Part shown: in pieces, positions 54,808-64,000 of the stretch
Numbering within the stretch: the stretch's first letter is position 1
Layout: every line of letters starts with the position of its first letter
Source: an uncultured bacterium
GTDB taxonomy: Bacteria > Patescibacteriota > Minisyncoccia > Moranbacterales > UBA2206
DNA length: 64,000 bases
Assembly: GCA_903937035.1 (NCBI GenBank)
Contig: CAIZXS010000005.1
Span: 62,746-126,745 of the forward strand
Direction: 5' to 3'
Made by a program: the position numbers and the translations under genes
Notes under the pieces: model-generated
The model's input: only the letters and a program-made list of their open reading frames with translations
The model's database searches: none
What the model was told of the DNA's origin: nothing

Positions 54808-55110
54808 ATGGAACACGTGGCTTGTCTTATCAATCTATGTAATGCCCTGTTTTTGATGGCAATCATACTTTTTACCGTGATTATTATAATAAAAACAGAA
54901 AAAGAGCTGAAAAAAGTTTTTGAATTATTTTTTGTTTCTTTTTCGATTTTATTTTTATCAAGTGTTTTCGGGCTAAATCGTTTCTTTGAAATCATTACAC
55001 CGGTTGAAGCGGAGTTGGCGCTAGTTATTTCTCGGTTAATTTCTCTAATTTTTGTTTTTTTTGCGTGTTTTTTAATGATGAAATTGGTAAAAAATATGCA
55101 ATCAAAGTGA
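54808..55110 (+). CDS. Small integral membrane protein, hypothetical
   Basis: 100 aa, three hydrophobic helices. Own terminator downstream. Confidence 0.35.
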   Translation: MEHVACLINLCNALFLMAIILFTVIIIIKTEKELKKVFELFFVSFSILFLSSVFGLNRFFEIITPVEAELALVISRLISLIFVFFACFLMMKLVKNMQSK

Positions 55111-55209
55111 AAGTGATTAGTGTGGTAGTTGAGATGGGCTACCAGGCTTAACTTTTGGCCTAAATCTGCTATAATTAAAGAGTTATAAGTGTCTTCAAGG
55201 GGGATGCGA

Positions 55210-55240
55210 AAGACGGGTGAGCCCGTCTTTTTGTTTGTTC
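55210..55240 (+). terminator. Rho-independent terminator ~20 nt upstream of the giant gene start
   Basis: aagacgggtgagcccgtctt hairpin followed by tttgtttgtt. Confidence 0.55.
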
Positions 55241-55261
55241 CTTGAAAATTTGCACTAAAAT

Positions 55262-58200
55262 ATGCCGCCGCTAAAACAAAAAAATCAAAACACAATATCT
55301 TTTCAAAAGACCTCCTTCGTGTTGATTTTCTTGGCAGTTGTTTTCCTCGTTGGCGTGAAAAATTCTCAGGCGGTAATTTCTGAGAAGATTAATTATCAAG
55401 GAAAATTGACTGATTCGAGTAACGTAACTGTAGCTGACGGAGCATATGACATTGTTTTCAATCTTTACACGACTGCTGGTGGTGGTTCTCCAATTTGGAC
55501 AGAGTCTTGGACAAACTCAGCCCTTTTCACAAATTCTGGAACAACTTTCACAAATAATGGTTGCGCGGCAGGAGTGGATCGCATGGCCTATACTGGAGAC
55601 ACTAACGAGGGAACACTTTCAGCGGGACAATATCTTTGGAATACAACCAAAAAGGAATCAGCCGTAATTGAGTCTGTGAGCACTTCCGGTTCTGGCGGGT
55701 ATATTTGTTTTTATGATCCCTATTCAACTTGGGCAAGTAGTGATGCTATTTCTAACCGCATCTATGTCCGCAGTGGAATTTTTTCCACTATGCTTGGAAG
55801 CGTGCAAAGTCTCAGTGCAATTGATTTCAATCAAACGCTCTATCTAGGAGTGACAATCGGAGGTGATCCAGAAATGCAACCAAGAAAAGTGATTGGTTCT
55901 GCTCCATCAGCTTTTACAGCCAAAACATTGAATAATAATGGCACTGCAACAATAGCCACCAATGCCGGGGCGACAATTAGCATTGGCAATACAACTGGAG
56001 CAGCTACTGTGCTTTCCGGCGGAGCATCTTCTTGGGCTAACACGAGTGGAAACCTGACTGTTTCTACGGTGACTTCCGGAACGCTCGCTGTGACATCAGC
56101 TGGAGCACTTAATTTGTCTGCCGCTGCCGCTTCGACTGCAACGCTCGCCAATGTTGCTGATGCATTTAATTTTGATAGCAACACTCTTTCTGTTGATGCT
56201 CTGAATAATCGAATCGGAATTGGGACGGCTGCTCCAACCGCATTTTTGGACATAGCAGCATCCACAACTGGCGCTGCTAGCTTGCGTTTGCAAACAGGAG
56301 TTGCTCCGACAACTCCGAATATCGGTGATATGTGGTTTAATGGGACTAATCTATATTTCAGAAAAGATGGTACAACATCGCAAGACTTGTTGGCTTCAAG
56401 TGGTAGCGGACCTTGGACTGACGGCACTGGCGTTACATATATAACTGACACAGCAGAGGACTTGGCAATCGGCGCAGCAACATTGGTTGCGCCTTTTTCC
56501 GTTGATGTTTCCCTGAATACTGCTCGCATCGGTACTGGAGCGACTAATAATGGAATTCTAAACATGTATGCCTCAGATGGTGATACTGGTTCGCTTGCTT
56601 ATACCACCGACGATGCTTGGACTTTCACGGGTGGTAATGTGGGAATTGGCACTACTCAACCATGGAGTGCTCTTCATGTCACTAGTAGTGTATTGTGGGG
56701 TTCAAATGTTTATCTCGAAGCCACCAATGCTGGTGCGGATTTTCCAGTTTGGACATTTAAGAAATCCAGAGCAGGCGCTTCGGTGAATGCTTGGGATTCA
56801 TTGGGGGAGATGAAATTTGCTGGAGTCAACAGCACGGGAAGTTCAGATTCTGATTTTGGAACTATTATTGGTATTGCGGAAGATCCAACTTCGGGTTCAG
56901 AAGATGGAAATTTTATGTTTTCTGTTGTCAGAGGTGGTGCAATGATTGAACAAGCAAGATTTAGTGGGCCGGAGGGAGTTAATTTTAATTACCAGAACTC
57001 TCCCAATGTTGATTTTACGGTTTCAGGAGACACAATCAGTCAACTCATATTCGCTGATGCCAGCACAGACACAATTGGGATTGGTGTTGCTGCGCCAAAA
57101 GCTTTTCTGTCACTAGCCGGTGCTACGGCTGGAAAATCTTCCCTGAATATTGCTACTGGCACTGCTCCAACCGGCGGTAATCTCTATGATGGTGATATGT
57201 GGTATGAAACTGGGCATCTCTATTTCCGCGATACGACAACGAAAGACCTCTTAGCTGGAGGAGGAATGGCAATTGGAGGAACAATCTCAAATAGTCCCAA
57301 TGATACGTCAATACTATTCGTGAACGGTTCAGTTCTCGCCCAAGATACCAATTTTACTTGGAACACAACTAATGATGAATTGGGAATTGGAGTGGCTCCG
57401 ACATATAGAGTTGATGTTGCAACGGCGGTGGCAAGTGATCGTGGAGTTAATATTTCCAATACTGCTGCAACAGGAACAAACTATGGTATCTTTTCTTCCG
57501 TCACCGGCGCAGCGACTGCTAATTATGGTGGAAATTTTGCATCCAGTGGCGCTGTTACCAATTATGGCGTGAATATTGCTGGCATGACAGGGTCGGCTAC
57601 AGCTTTGAATAACTATGGCGTATATGTGGGAACCATTACGAGCACCAGCTCAACCAATGCGGTTAATTATGGAATATATGTCAATGGAATAACTGGAGTT
57701 ACAGCCGAGGATAATGCTACAAACGTTGACTTATACCTAGGAAATATCACTGGCTCAACCACAACTTCAAGTAATATTGGACTCAAGATGGGAACCATCA
57801 CAAGCACCTCTGGAACCGGATCGAACTACGGAATTCAATTAGGTGCCATTTCTGGCGCAACAAATAATTCCTATGGCATTTCACTTAATACCTTGACCGG
57901 AGGCGTTCTGACCAACACTCAAATTGCGACTGGCCAGATCACTGTAACAGGCGCAGTGACTGGAAGCTATGCTCTTAATCTGGGTGGGTTGACGGGAACA
58001 GCTAACGCAGCGACTAACGCTGGAATCAATCTTGGTGCAATAAATTCCGCCGGAACAACGAGCACAAACTATGGAATTCGCTTGAGCACAATGACCGGAG
58101 GAACAACCGCAAATTATCAAATTGCGACTGGCGCGCTCACAAACACTGGTACGACCAACATTCAGCTCGATTTAGGCGGACTTTCTGGTTCTGTTGCATC

Positions 58201-61200
58201 TTCGAATAATTATGGAATTAGACTTGGCGCAATCAGCTCAGCCGGAACCACTTCGAATAATTATGGAATTAGTCTTGGAACATTGACTGGTGGCACGACT
58301 TCCAACACGCAAATTGCCACAGGCGCAATCACAATTACCTCTGTTTCTAACTACGGATTAAATATCGGCGGACTTTCTGGCTCTGTTGCTTCTTCTAATA
58401 ATTATGGCATCAATGTTGGCGCAATCAGTTCTGCTGGAGCAACTTCCAATAATTATGGAATGAATATCACATCAATCACTGGTGGTGTAACGGCTAACTA
58501 TGGTTTAAATGTCGGCGCAATCACAACCACTGGTGCGACCAATTCTTATGGTTTGAATGTGGCTGCAATGACTGGCACGGGAGCATCTAGTTATGGATTA
58601 AATGTGATGGCGGCGACTGCCACGGGAACAAACGTGTTTGGTATGCAAATTAATGGAGCGACTGGTGGCTCAGCTAATAGTTATGGCTTAAACGTGACGG
58701 TGCCGATCAATGCTACTGGGCACAAGGCAGGCATTGAAATTGGAGCAGCTTCCACAGCAAGTGGAAATTGGGCGCTTTATTCTGGTGATACAAACGGATC
58801 ATATCTAGCGGGAAATTTAGGCCTTGGAACAGCAGTGACCACAACTTCATTTCTCAGTCTGGGTGCCCATACCACTGCAAAATCAAGTCTAAATATTCCA
58901 TCTTCTGGTGGCGCTGTTCTTTCTGCTCCTGTTATTGGGGATATGTGGTTTAATGGAACCAGTCTATATTTTAGGAAAGATGGTTCAACTTCGAGCGACC
59001 TTCTTGCTGCTGGGGCTGGAATGTCGATTGGTGGAAGTATTAGTAGCTCAACTTCTGGTTCTATTCTCTATGCTAATAGTTCCAACCAAATGGCTCAGGA
59101 TAATGCTAACTTTTTTTGGGATGCAACGAACAAGCGCCTAGGAATTGGAACAACTGCTCCATCACAAGCGTTGACAGTTAATGGAAGCATCAGGTTGGCT
59201 GCTGGCGTGACAAATAGCTTAGTCTTTCAAGATGGAACGACAATGACGACGGCTGCTGCCACCTCCACTGGCTATACGAGTACAACTGATTTGAACTTTG
59301 CGGCGGACAGTGATACTAATGGTTCTGGTACGATGTTTTTTGCTACTAATGGCCTGGAAAGAATACGTGTCACAAATGCTGGACTAGTTGGTGTCGGCAC
59401 AGCATCAGGAACCGCGCAATTAGCAGTCAATACAACTGGTACAAACAATCTTTTGCAATTGCAAAAAGCTGGACTGGATAAGTTTGTAGTGGATAATAAG
59501 GGTGGCGTGACAGTCAACGGAACATCAGCAAATAACGTCAAGACAACTACTGGAACAACCAATGTGACAGATTTTTCCTTTACTGGCTCAACCTTTACTA
59601 ATGTCACTTCGCAAAATGATGAAGTTGATATTGATGCCGGATCGGTGGTAACAACTTTCTCATCAGCCGCGGCTAATACTGCAGTCAATGCTGGAGCGGG
59701 ATCACATAGTATCGTGCGTGATGATGGCAGAGTAATTGTTGTTCATGGCGGTGGCGCAGCGACTGGATCATCGTGGGACGGATCATCTGCGACGATGACT
59801 TCAGTCACCGTTGCTTCGGCTGCTTCAGTTGGAGCAGGCGCAATCTCTCTGAAGCGTCCTAACGGAAGGTATCTTCTGGTGCACGGTAATGGTTCGGCTG
59901 GACTTTCTTCTGTTTATGACCCTTGGAATATTACAGCAGCCGCTGCTGGCCCAGCAGTTTGTGGAGGTGGGGCAACAACAACGGGAACTAATGCTTTTAT
60001 GCGACCAGATGGAAAATATGTCATTATGTGCGGAGGTTTGACAGCTTGGGGTGTCTATGATCCTTCGGCTGCTGTCGCAGCTGGATACACTGCAGGCACA
60101 GTAGTCGCTTCAGCTTTTGGCGCTGGCGCTTTTGCGATCCAAAGAGATGATGGAACGTTTTTAGTTTTTCGCGGAGGCAGCACAACCACACATTGGATTT
60201 ATAATCCTTTTGCTGGTGCGACTGGAACCTGGACAATAAACCCAATCACAACTAATATGCCAACAATTTCTACTGGAGCTTTTGCTATCCGTAGGAATGA
60301 TGGAAAATATTTGATTGTGGGAGGAGCGATTAATACTTCAACTATCTATAACCCAACGACAACGACTTCTAATTCTGGTGCGGGAGCTTTTGAGCTCATT
60401 AATGGTGGTGTAGCAGCAGCCGGTTTCGGGCCAATCACCACTGCTCTTGCAGACGCTGCTCAAGTAGTGCGTCGACAAGATGGGAAATATCTGATGGTGC
60501 ATGGTGGCGCTTCAACGCTAACTGATATCATTGATCCATCTGTCACGACCAATCAAATGTTTTTAGCTGGAACAGCCCTTAATAATGCCATGGGTGCTGG
60601 CGGACATTTTGTTCCGAGGCCAGACGGAAAATATGCCATCATTCGCGGAGGCGCTGCAACCCCAGTCGATACTTATGATATGGGCTTTGTGATGGGAGGG
60701 AATGGATCAGGATCGCAACTTTCGAGTTATGAAACGGAATGTATGACAGCGACCTCACTTAATCAATCTTCCACACTCAACTGGACAGCTAATATGGAAG
60801 GAACGCTTATTTTTCAGGTAAAAACAGGAACAGGTTCTTGTTCTGGAGCTTATAAGAACATTCTAAATAGTGGGGATTTAATTCGTCCTGTGGCAGGAGA
60901 TAATCGCGTTCAAGTTAAGGTTTTTTTCAAGCGCCCATTTTTTATCGGTTACGACCAGGAGTGGTCTTTGTGGCGTGGTCTTAGCCAGCCACGTTATCGT
61001 GCGAAAGTGGCCGATCCAACACTATATGACATTAAGGTTGATAATTCCTCTCAGCTACATCGCTCCCTGTTTGACTTTGGTATTGGAACAAATAATGCCA
61101 CTACCGATCCATCTGGACCAGTATCTTCGAATTTGAATGTGACTATGGATGGTAAATTACAGTTAGCAGCTGGTGTCGGAATGCAAAATCTTGCCCCAAC

Positions 61201-64000
61201 TACTGTTCCCTCTCCTACTCTTGGACTTGCTTATGGTGGCGCCTATGCAACACAGTCAGCTCTCACGACCGGTGCCTTAGAGGGCACTATCGTGATGAGA
61301 CGTCCAGATGGAACCTTTTTGGTTATTGCGGGTAATGCAGCGACAGCTAATGCGCAAGTATATGATCAAAATACAGGTGTATTTACCGCTAATGCTAATG
61401 GGGTGTATGGTGCTACTTGTAGTGGTAATTGTGTACCAACAACATACGCCAAAAGAGGAGCTCTTGCTTTCAAGCGTCCTGATGGAAAATATTTAGTGGT
61501 ACTTGGTGGTGCTTCTACTACGACAAACATATATGATCCAGTCGCAAGCACATTCACTGCTGGGCCAGCAGTTACTGCTAATGTTGCTCGTGGATCGCAA
61601 GTAATTCCACTACCTAATGGTCGGGTGCTTATTATTCATGGAAACACAACTGCAACAACATCTATTTATGACCCAATTCAAAATATAATGCTTATTGGTC
61701 CATCGTCGCCAGTGAATGTTGGTCCAGGATCATTAGTGATTCCTAATGTTAATGGTACTTGGCTTCTTATTCCTGGTCTTCCGGATACTGGTACGGACAC
61801 AGCAATTACCTGTGGAACGCCCGTTACAACATCAACCATCTTTGATTCATATTCTATGCTATTTTCTCCAACAGCTTCAGCGCCAACGATTGTTACGGGA
61901 ACTGGTCCGGGAGCGCTTGCTTTACAGCGTTCTGATGGGTTATGGGTTATCACAAAAGGTGGTGCCGTAGTGACGACATGCGCTACCACGGTACTTACTA
62001 CTCATATATACAATCCAACCACTGGAAAGATTGTTGCTGGTCCAAGTGTAATAACCCAAGCTCCTGGGCAAGGTAGTCATGTAATACAGCGCCCCGATGG
62101 AAATAGAATAATTGTAAATGGTGGAGGAACAGCGACATCGCAGGTATATATAGAAAAAGATATTGCAGCAACACATGCTTTTGGTGAACAAATTGGTCTT
62201 TTCGTAGCCGGCGGACCAGCTCCTGCTGCCATTGGATCAGGATCAGTTTCTTTTCAGAGGGATGATGGAAAGCAAGTAACGATTTCTGGCGGAACAACCA
62301 CTACTGCCATATCTGTTGGTACTGTCAATACGGGCGTGCAAATGCTTGATTTGGGCTGGGCGGCGACAGGGGCATATCGGACAGAACAAATCAATGTTTC
62401 TGATCTCAGCACCGACTCAACACTTAACTGGAAAGCGACACCAAATATGAACAACATTTCAGCTGAAGTGCGCACAGCCACAAGTCAGCTTGGACTTCAA
62501 TTGGCCACTTCTCGCGATATCACAACATCCGGTGGTCTCATTAATCCTGGCGGATCAGAAACTTGGATTCAGATTCAATTTAATTTCAAGCGAATATTCC
62601 CAAATAATCCTGGAATTTGGAGTGATGTGTGGTGGAATGGTGGCTCGACAATGGCATTTAATTTGCGTACTATTACTAATCCGACTCTCAGTGAATTCAA
62701 GGTAAGTAAGGATGTCGATTTGGTTAACTTAAAATCAGACGGTTTGTCGATGTTTCGGGTTGGAACTAATGGTAGCATCTATACTTCTGCGACTGGAGTG
62801 ATTAATTCTGGTGGCGCCGACTTGGCTGAAAATTATACTTCAAATGATGCGTTGGAAAAAGGCGAAATTGTGGCGATTGATCCATCTGATAATCATAATG
62901 TTAAACGTTCTGCGTTGCCATATCAAAATGATCTTTTGGGAGTGGTTTCGACTGCTCCGGGTTTTGTGGCTGGCTCATATACCAAGGATTCTCATCCAAT
63001 TGCGCTGGTTGGACGCGTGCCGGTCAAGGTTTCTTCCGAAAATGGAATGATTCGCGAAGGTGATCGCATTACATCAGCTTCAATTCCTGGATTTGGTATG
63101 CGCGCGACATTCAGTGGGCGAGTAATTGGAACTGCGCTTGAATCAATGGATTCGGTTAATCTGGAAACTTGTCCAGCTGGTGGATATATCATGCCCAATG
63201 CAAAATGTGGTGAGATTATGGTTTTTGTTAATCTGGTGGATTATTCTGGAATGTCAGTGGACACATTGATGGCTGAGTCGAATGATGACACTGAGTCTGA
63301 AACAGAAACAGTTGATCAAAGTTCGCCTTTTGCTCAATTTGCAACGCAAGGAAAAATCCTAAATTTCTTGAAGAAAATGCGAGCAACTCAAACTAATTAC
63401 CGAGGTAGCGATATTTTGACCAGCAACGTGAGTGCAATTGGTCAAGTCGTTAGCCCGCTTATTGTGACAGACACTTTGATTGCCAAAAATATCAAAGCGG
63501 AAAATATTGAAGGGTTGCAATTTATCCAAACCGGAATCACTGACGCACAAAATGGCGTCTCAACCAACGCCACGGAAGTCAAAAACTTGGGACAACAATT
63601 GATTGACCTGCAAACTATGATGAAAGCGTTGACTGACAAATCCAATGGTGTAGATGCTGACGCGGTCAAAGAGATGGCAGTTAGCTATGGCTTGGTGGAG
63701 AGTGGACCGGCAGAATTCAAAGGACAGGCAATATTTAAGGCGATTGCAGAGTTTGTTGACAAGGTAATTTTCAGAAACAATGTTGAATTTGCTGGTCAAG
63801 TGATCTTTAATGAGGATTCAGCCGGATATGCCATTGTGAATAAAGGTGAGAATAGCGTGAAAGTAGAATTTGCCAAGGAATATGCCAATGTGCCAATCAT
63901 CAATGCCAGCCTTTCCGTGCAAGACATTAAAGATGAGGAATTGCGCAGTGCGACAGAAGATTTGATTTTGGCAACAGATGTTAAATATTTAATCACGAAT
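55262..64000 (+). CDS. Giant secreted/surface protein (>2900 aa, C-terminus off window) with NYGI-type beta-helix-like repeats, recurrent IGDMWFNGTxLYFRKDG modules and >=14 Kelch-like repeats
   Basis: Manual translation from ATG 55262 (in-frame TAA 6 nt upstream) stays open to the window end. N-terminal TM/signal ISFQKTSFVLIFLAVVFLVGVKNSQA. Repeats such as GAISSAGTTSNNYGIRLG. Kelch-like units of the form R-x-DGKYL-V-x-GG ... IYDP. Conserved (N/K)xLGIGTxAP..L.V motifs. Confidence 0.8.
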   Translation, partial: MPPLKQKNQNTISFQKTSFVLIFLAVVFLVGVKNSQAVISEKINYQGKLTDSSNVTVADGAYDIVFNLYTTAGGGSPIWTESWTNSALFTNSGTTFTNNGCAAGVDRMAYTGDTNEGTLSAGQYLWNTTKKESAVIESVSTSGSGGYICFYDPYSTWASSDAISNRIYVRSGIFSTMLGSVQSLSAIDFNQTLYLGVTIGGDPEMQPRKVIGSAPSAFTAKTLNNNGTATIATNAGATISIGNTTGAATVLSGGASSWANTSGNLTVSTVTSGTLAVTSAGALNLSAAAASTATLANVADAFNFDSNTLSVDALNNRIGIGTAAPTAFLDIAASTTGAASLRLQTGVAPTTPNIGDMWFNGTNLYFRKDGTTSQDLLASSGSGPWTDGTGVTYITDTAEDLAIGAATLVAPFSVDVSLNTARIGTGATNNGILNMYASDGDTGSLAYTTDDAWTFTGGNVGIGTTQPWSALHVTSSVLWGSNVYLEATNAGADFPVWTFKKSRAGASVNAWDSLGEMKFAGVNSTGSSDSDFGTIIGIAEDPTSGSEDGNFMFSVVRGGAMIEQARFSGPEGVNFNYQNSPNVDFTVSGDTISQLIFADASTDTIGIGVAAPKAFLSLAGATAGKSSLNIATGTAPTGGNLYDGDMWYETGHLYFRDTTTKDLLAGGGMAIGGTISNSPNDTSILFVNGSVLAQDTNFTWNTTNDELGIGVAPTYRVDVATAVASDRGVNISNTAATGTNYGIFSSVTGAATANYGGNFASSGAVTNYGVNIAGMTGSATALNNYGVYVGTITSTSSTNAVNYGIYVNGITGVTAEDNATNVDLYLGNITGSTTTSSNIGLKMGTITSTSGTGSNYGIQLGAISGATNNSYGISLNTLTGGVLTNTQIATGQITVTGAVTGSYALNLGGLTGTANAATNAGINLGAINSAGTTSTNYGIRLSTMTGGTTANYQIATGALTNTGTTNIQLDLGGLSGSVASSNNYGIRLGAISSAGTTSNNYGISLGTLTGGTTSNTQIATGAITITSVSNYGLNIGGLSGSVASSNNYGINVGAISSAGATSNNYGMNITSITGGVTANYGLNVGAITTTGATNSYGLNVAAMTGTGASSYGLNVMAATATGTNVFGMQINGATGGSANSYGLNVTVPINATGHKAGIEIGAASTASGNWALYSGDTNGSYLAGNLGLGTAVTTTSFLSLGAHTTAKSSLNIPSSGGAVLSAPVIGDMWFNGTSLYFRKDGSTSSDLLAAGAGMSIGGSISSSTSGSILYANSSNQMAQDNANFFWDATNKRLGIGTTAPSQALTVNGSIRLAAGVTNSLVFQDGTTMTTAAATSTGYTSTTDLNFAADSDTNGSGTMFFATNGLERIRVTNAGLVGVGTASGTAQLAVNTTGTNNLLQLQKAGLDKFVVDNKGGVTVNGTSANNVKTTTGTTNVTDFSFTGSTFTNVTSQNDEVDIDAGSVVTTFSSAAANTAVNAGAGSHSIVRDDGRVIVVHGGGAATGSSWDGSSATMTSVTVASAASVGAGAISLKRPNGRYLLVHGNGSAGLSSVYDPWNITAAAAGPAVCGGGATTTGTNAFMRPDGKYVIMCGGLTAWGVYDPSAAVAAGYTAGTVVASAFGAGAFAIQRDDGTFLVFRGGSTTTHWIYNPFAGATGTWTINPITTNMPTISTGAFAIRRNDGKYLIVGGAINTSTIYNPTTTTSNSGAGAFELINGGVAAAGFGPITTALADAAQVVRRQDGKYLMVHGGASTLTDIIDPSVTTNQMFLAGTALNNAMGAGGHFVPRPDGKYAIIRGGAATPVDTYDMGFVMGGNGSGSQLSSYETECMTATSLNQSSTLNWTANMEGTLIFQVKTGTGSCSGAYKNILNSGDLIRPVAGDNRVQVKVFFKRPFFIGYDQEWSLWRGLSQPRYRAKVADPTLYDIKVDNSSQLHRSLFDFGIGTNNATTDPSGPVSSNLNVTMDGKLQLAAGVGMQNLAPTTVPSPTLGLAYGGAYATQSALTTGALEGTIVMRRPDGTFLVIAGNAATANAQVYDQNTGVFTANANGVYGATCSGNCVPTTYAKRGALAFKRPDGKYLVVLGGASTTTNIYDPVASTFTAGPAVTANVARGSQVIPLPNGRVLIIHGNTTATTSIYDPIQNIMLIGPSSPVNVGPGSLVIPNVNGTWLLIPGLPDTGTDTAITCGTPVTTSTIFDSYSMLFSPTASAPTIVTGTGPGALALQRSDGLWVITKGGAVVTTCATTVLTTHIYNPTTGKIVAGPSVITQAPGQGSHVIQRPDGNRIIVNGGGTATSQVYIEKDIAATHAFGEQIGLFVAGGPAPAAIGSGSVSFQRDDGKQVTISGGTTTTAISVGTVNTGVQMLDLGWAATGAYRTEQINVSDLSTDSTLNWKATPNMNNISAEVRTATSQLGLQLATSRDITTSGGLINPGGSETWIQIQFNFKRIFPNNPGIWSDVWWNGGSTMAFNLRTITNPTLSEFKVSKDVDLVNLKSDGLSMFRVGTNGSIYTSATGVINSGGADLAENYTSNDALEKGEIVAIDPSDNHNVKRSALPYQNDLLGVVSTAPGFVAGSYTKDSHPIALVGRVPVKVSSENGMIREGDRITSASIPGFGMRATFSGRVIGTALESMDSVNLETCPAGGYIMPNAKCGEIMVFVNLVDYSGMSVDTLMAESNDDTESETETVDQSSPFAQFATQGKILNFLKKMRATQTNYRGSDILTSNVSAIGQVVSPLIVTDTLIAKNIKAENIEGLQFIQTGITDAQNGVSTNATEVKNLGQQLIDLQTMMKALTDKSNGVDADAVKEMAVSYGLVESGPAEFKGQAIFKAIAEFVDKVIFRNNVEFAGQVIFNEDSAGYAIVNKGENSVKVEFAKEYANVPIINASLSVQDIKDEELRSATEDLILATDVKYLITN

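Noticed and set aside
55840-56565. 241-aa minus-strand ORF (and other 60-140 aa ORFs on both strands between 55.4 and 63.9 kb)
   Set aside because: They lie inside the continuous >2900-aa plus-strand reading frame. The Ala/Thr/Gly-rich repeat coding gives stop-poor antisense frames.

Overview
This is a gene-dense, low-GC bacterial window. The gene content is typical of a small-genome CPR/Patescibacteria-like organism, though that assignment is inference (LTD/PKD secreted protein, DUF2207, giant surface protein, duplicated small-protein families, in-frame palindromic repeats). The left ~23 kb is almost all minus strand. It holds a partial class A PBP running off the left edge, then an apparent operon yebC-ruvC-7TM membrane protein followed by four tandem ATP-grasp ligases, one of them fused to a RimB-like retropepsin domain. 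Further along are a Zn-ribbon protein, an LTD-LTD-PKD-LTD secreted protein, a bPH_2 membrane protein, ruvB, a tandem-duplicated GspE/PilB ATPase (1006 aa), a DHH-like phosphoesterase and a MEP-pathway operon dxr-ispD-ispF-ispE-ispG. The middle section carries tsaE-rpsT, holA, a DUF3048 protein, an operon of three small CxxC proteins with a long leader, DUF2207, DUF1653, and fpg carrying an in-frame palindromic-repeat insertion. It also has three TrmB-like regulators, two of them in duplicated modules with a conserved small protein, plus a response regulator, a GC-rich LOG-like gene, pncB, a SAM methyltransferase, polA, a phage-type ORF6N gene, and an anomalous island made of a purine-rich ~1.25 kb non-coding stretch and a GC-rich Trp-rich ORF. 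The right ~18 kb has ruvA-lipoprotein-femAB, a ~7 kb cluster of paralogous secreted and membrane-anchored surface proteins (SCPU/DUF4402-like subunits plus DUF916-like anchored proteins), and a surface protein of more than 2900 aa with Kelch-like and NYGI repeats that runs off the right edge. There are two dispersed ~100-150 bp inverted-repeat element families with three copies each. No rRNA, tRNA or CRISPR array was found. The supplied ORF track misses the two edge-truncated genes (PBP at 1..2277 minus and the giant gene at 55262..64000 plus) because neither has a stop inside the window. I translated both by eye.
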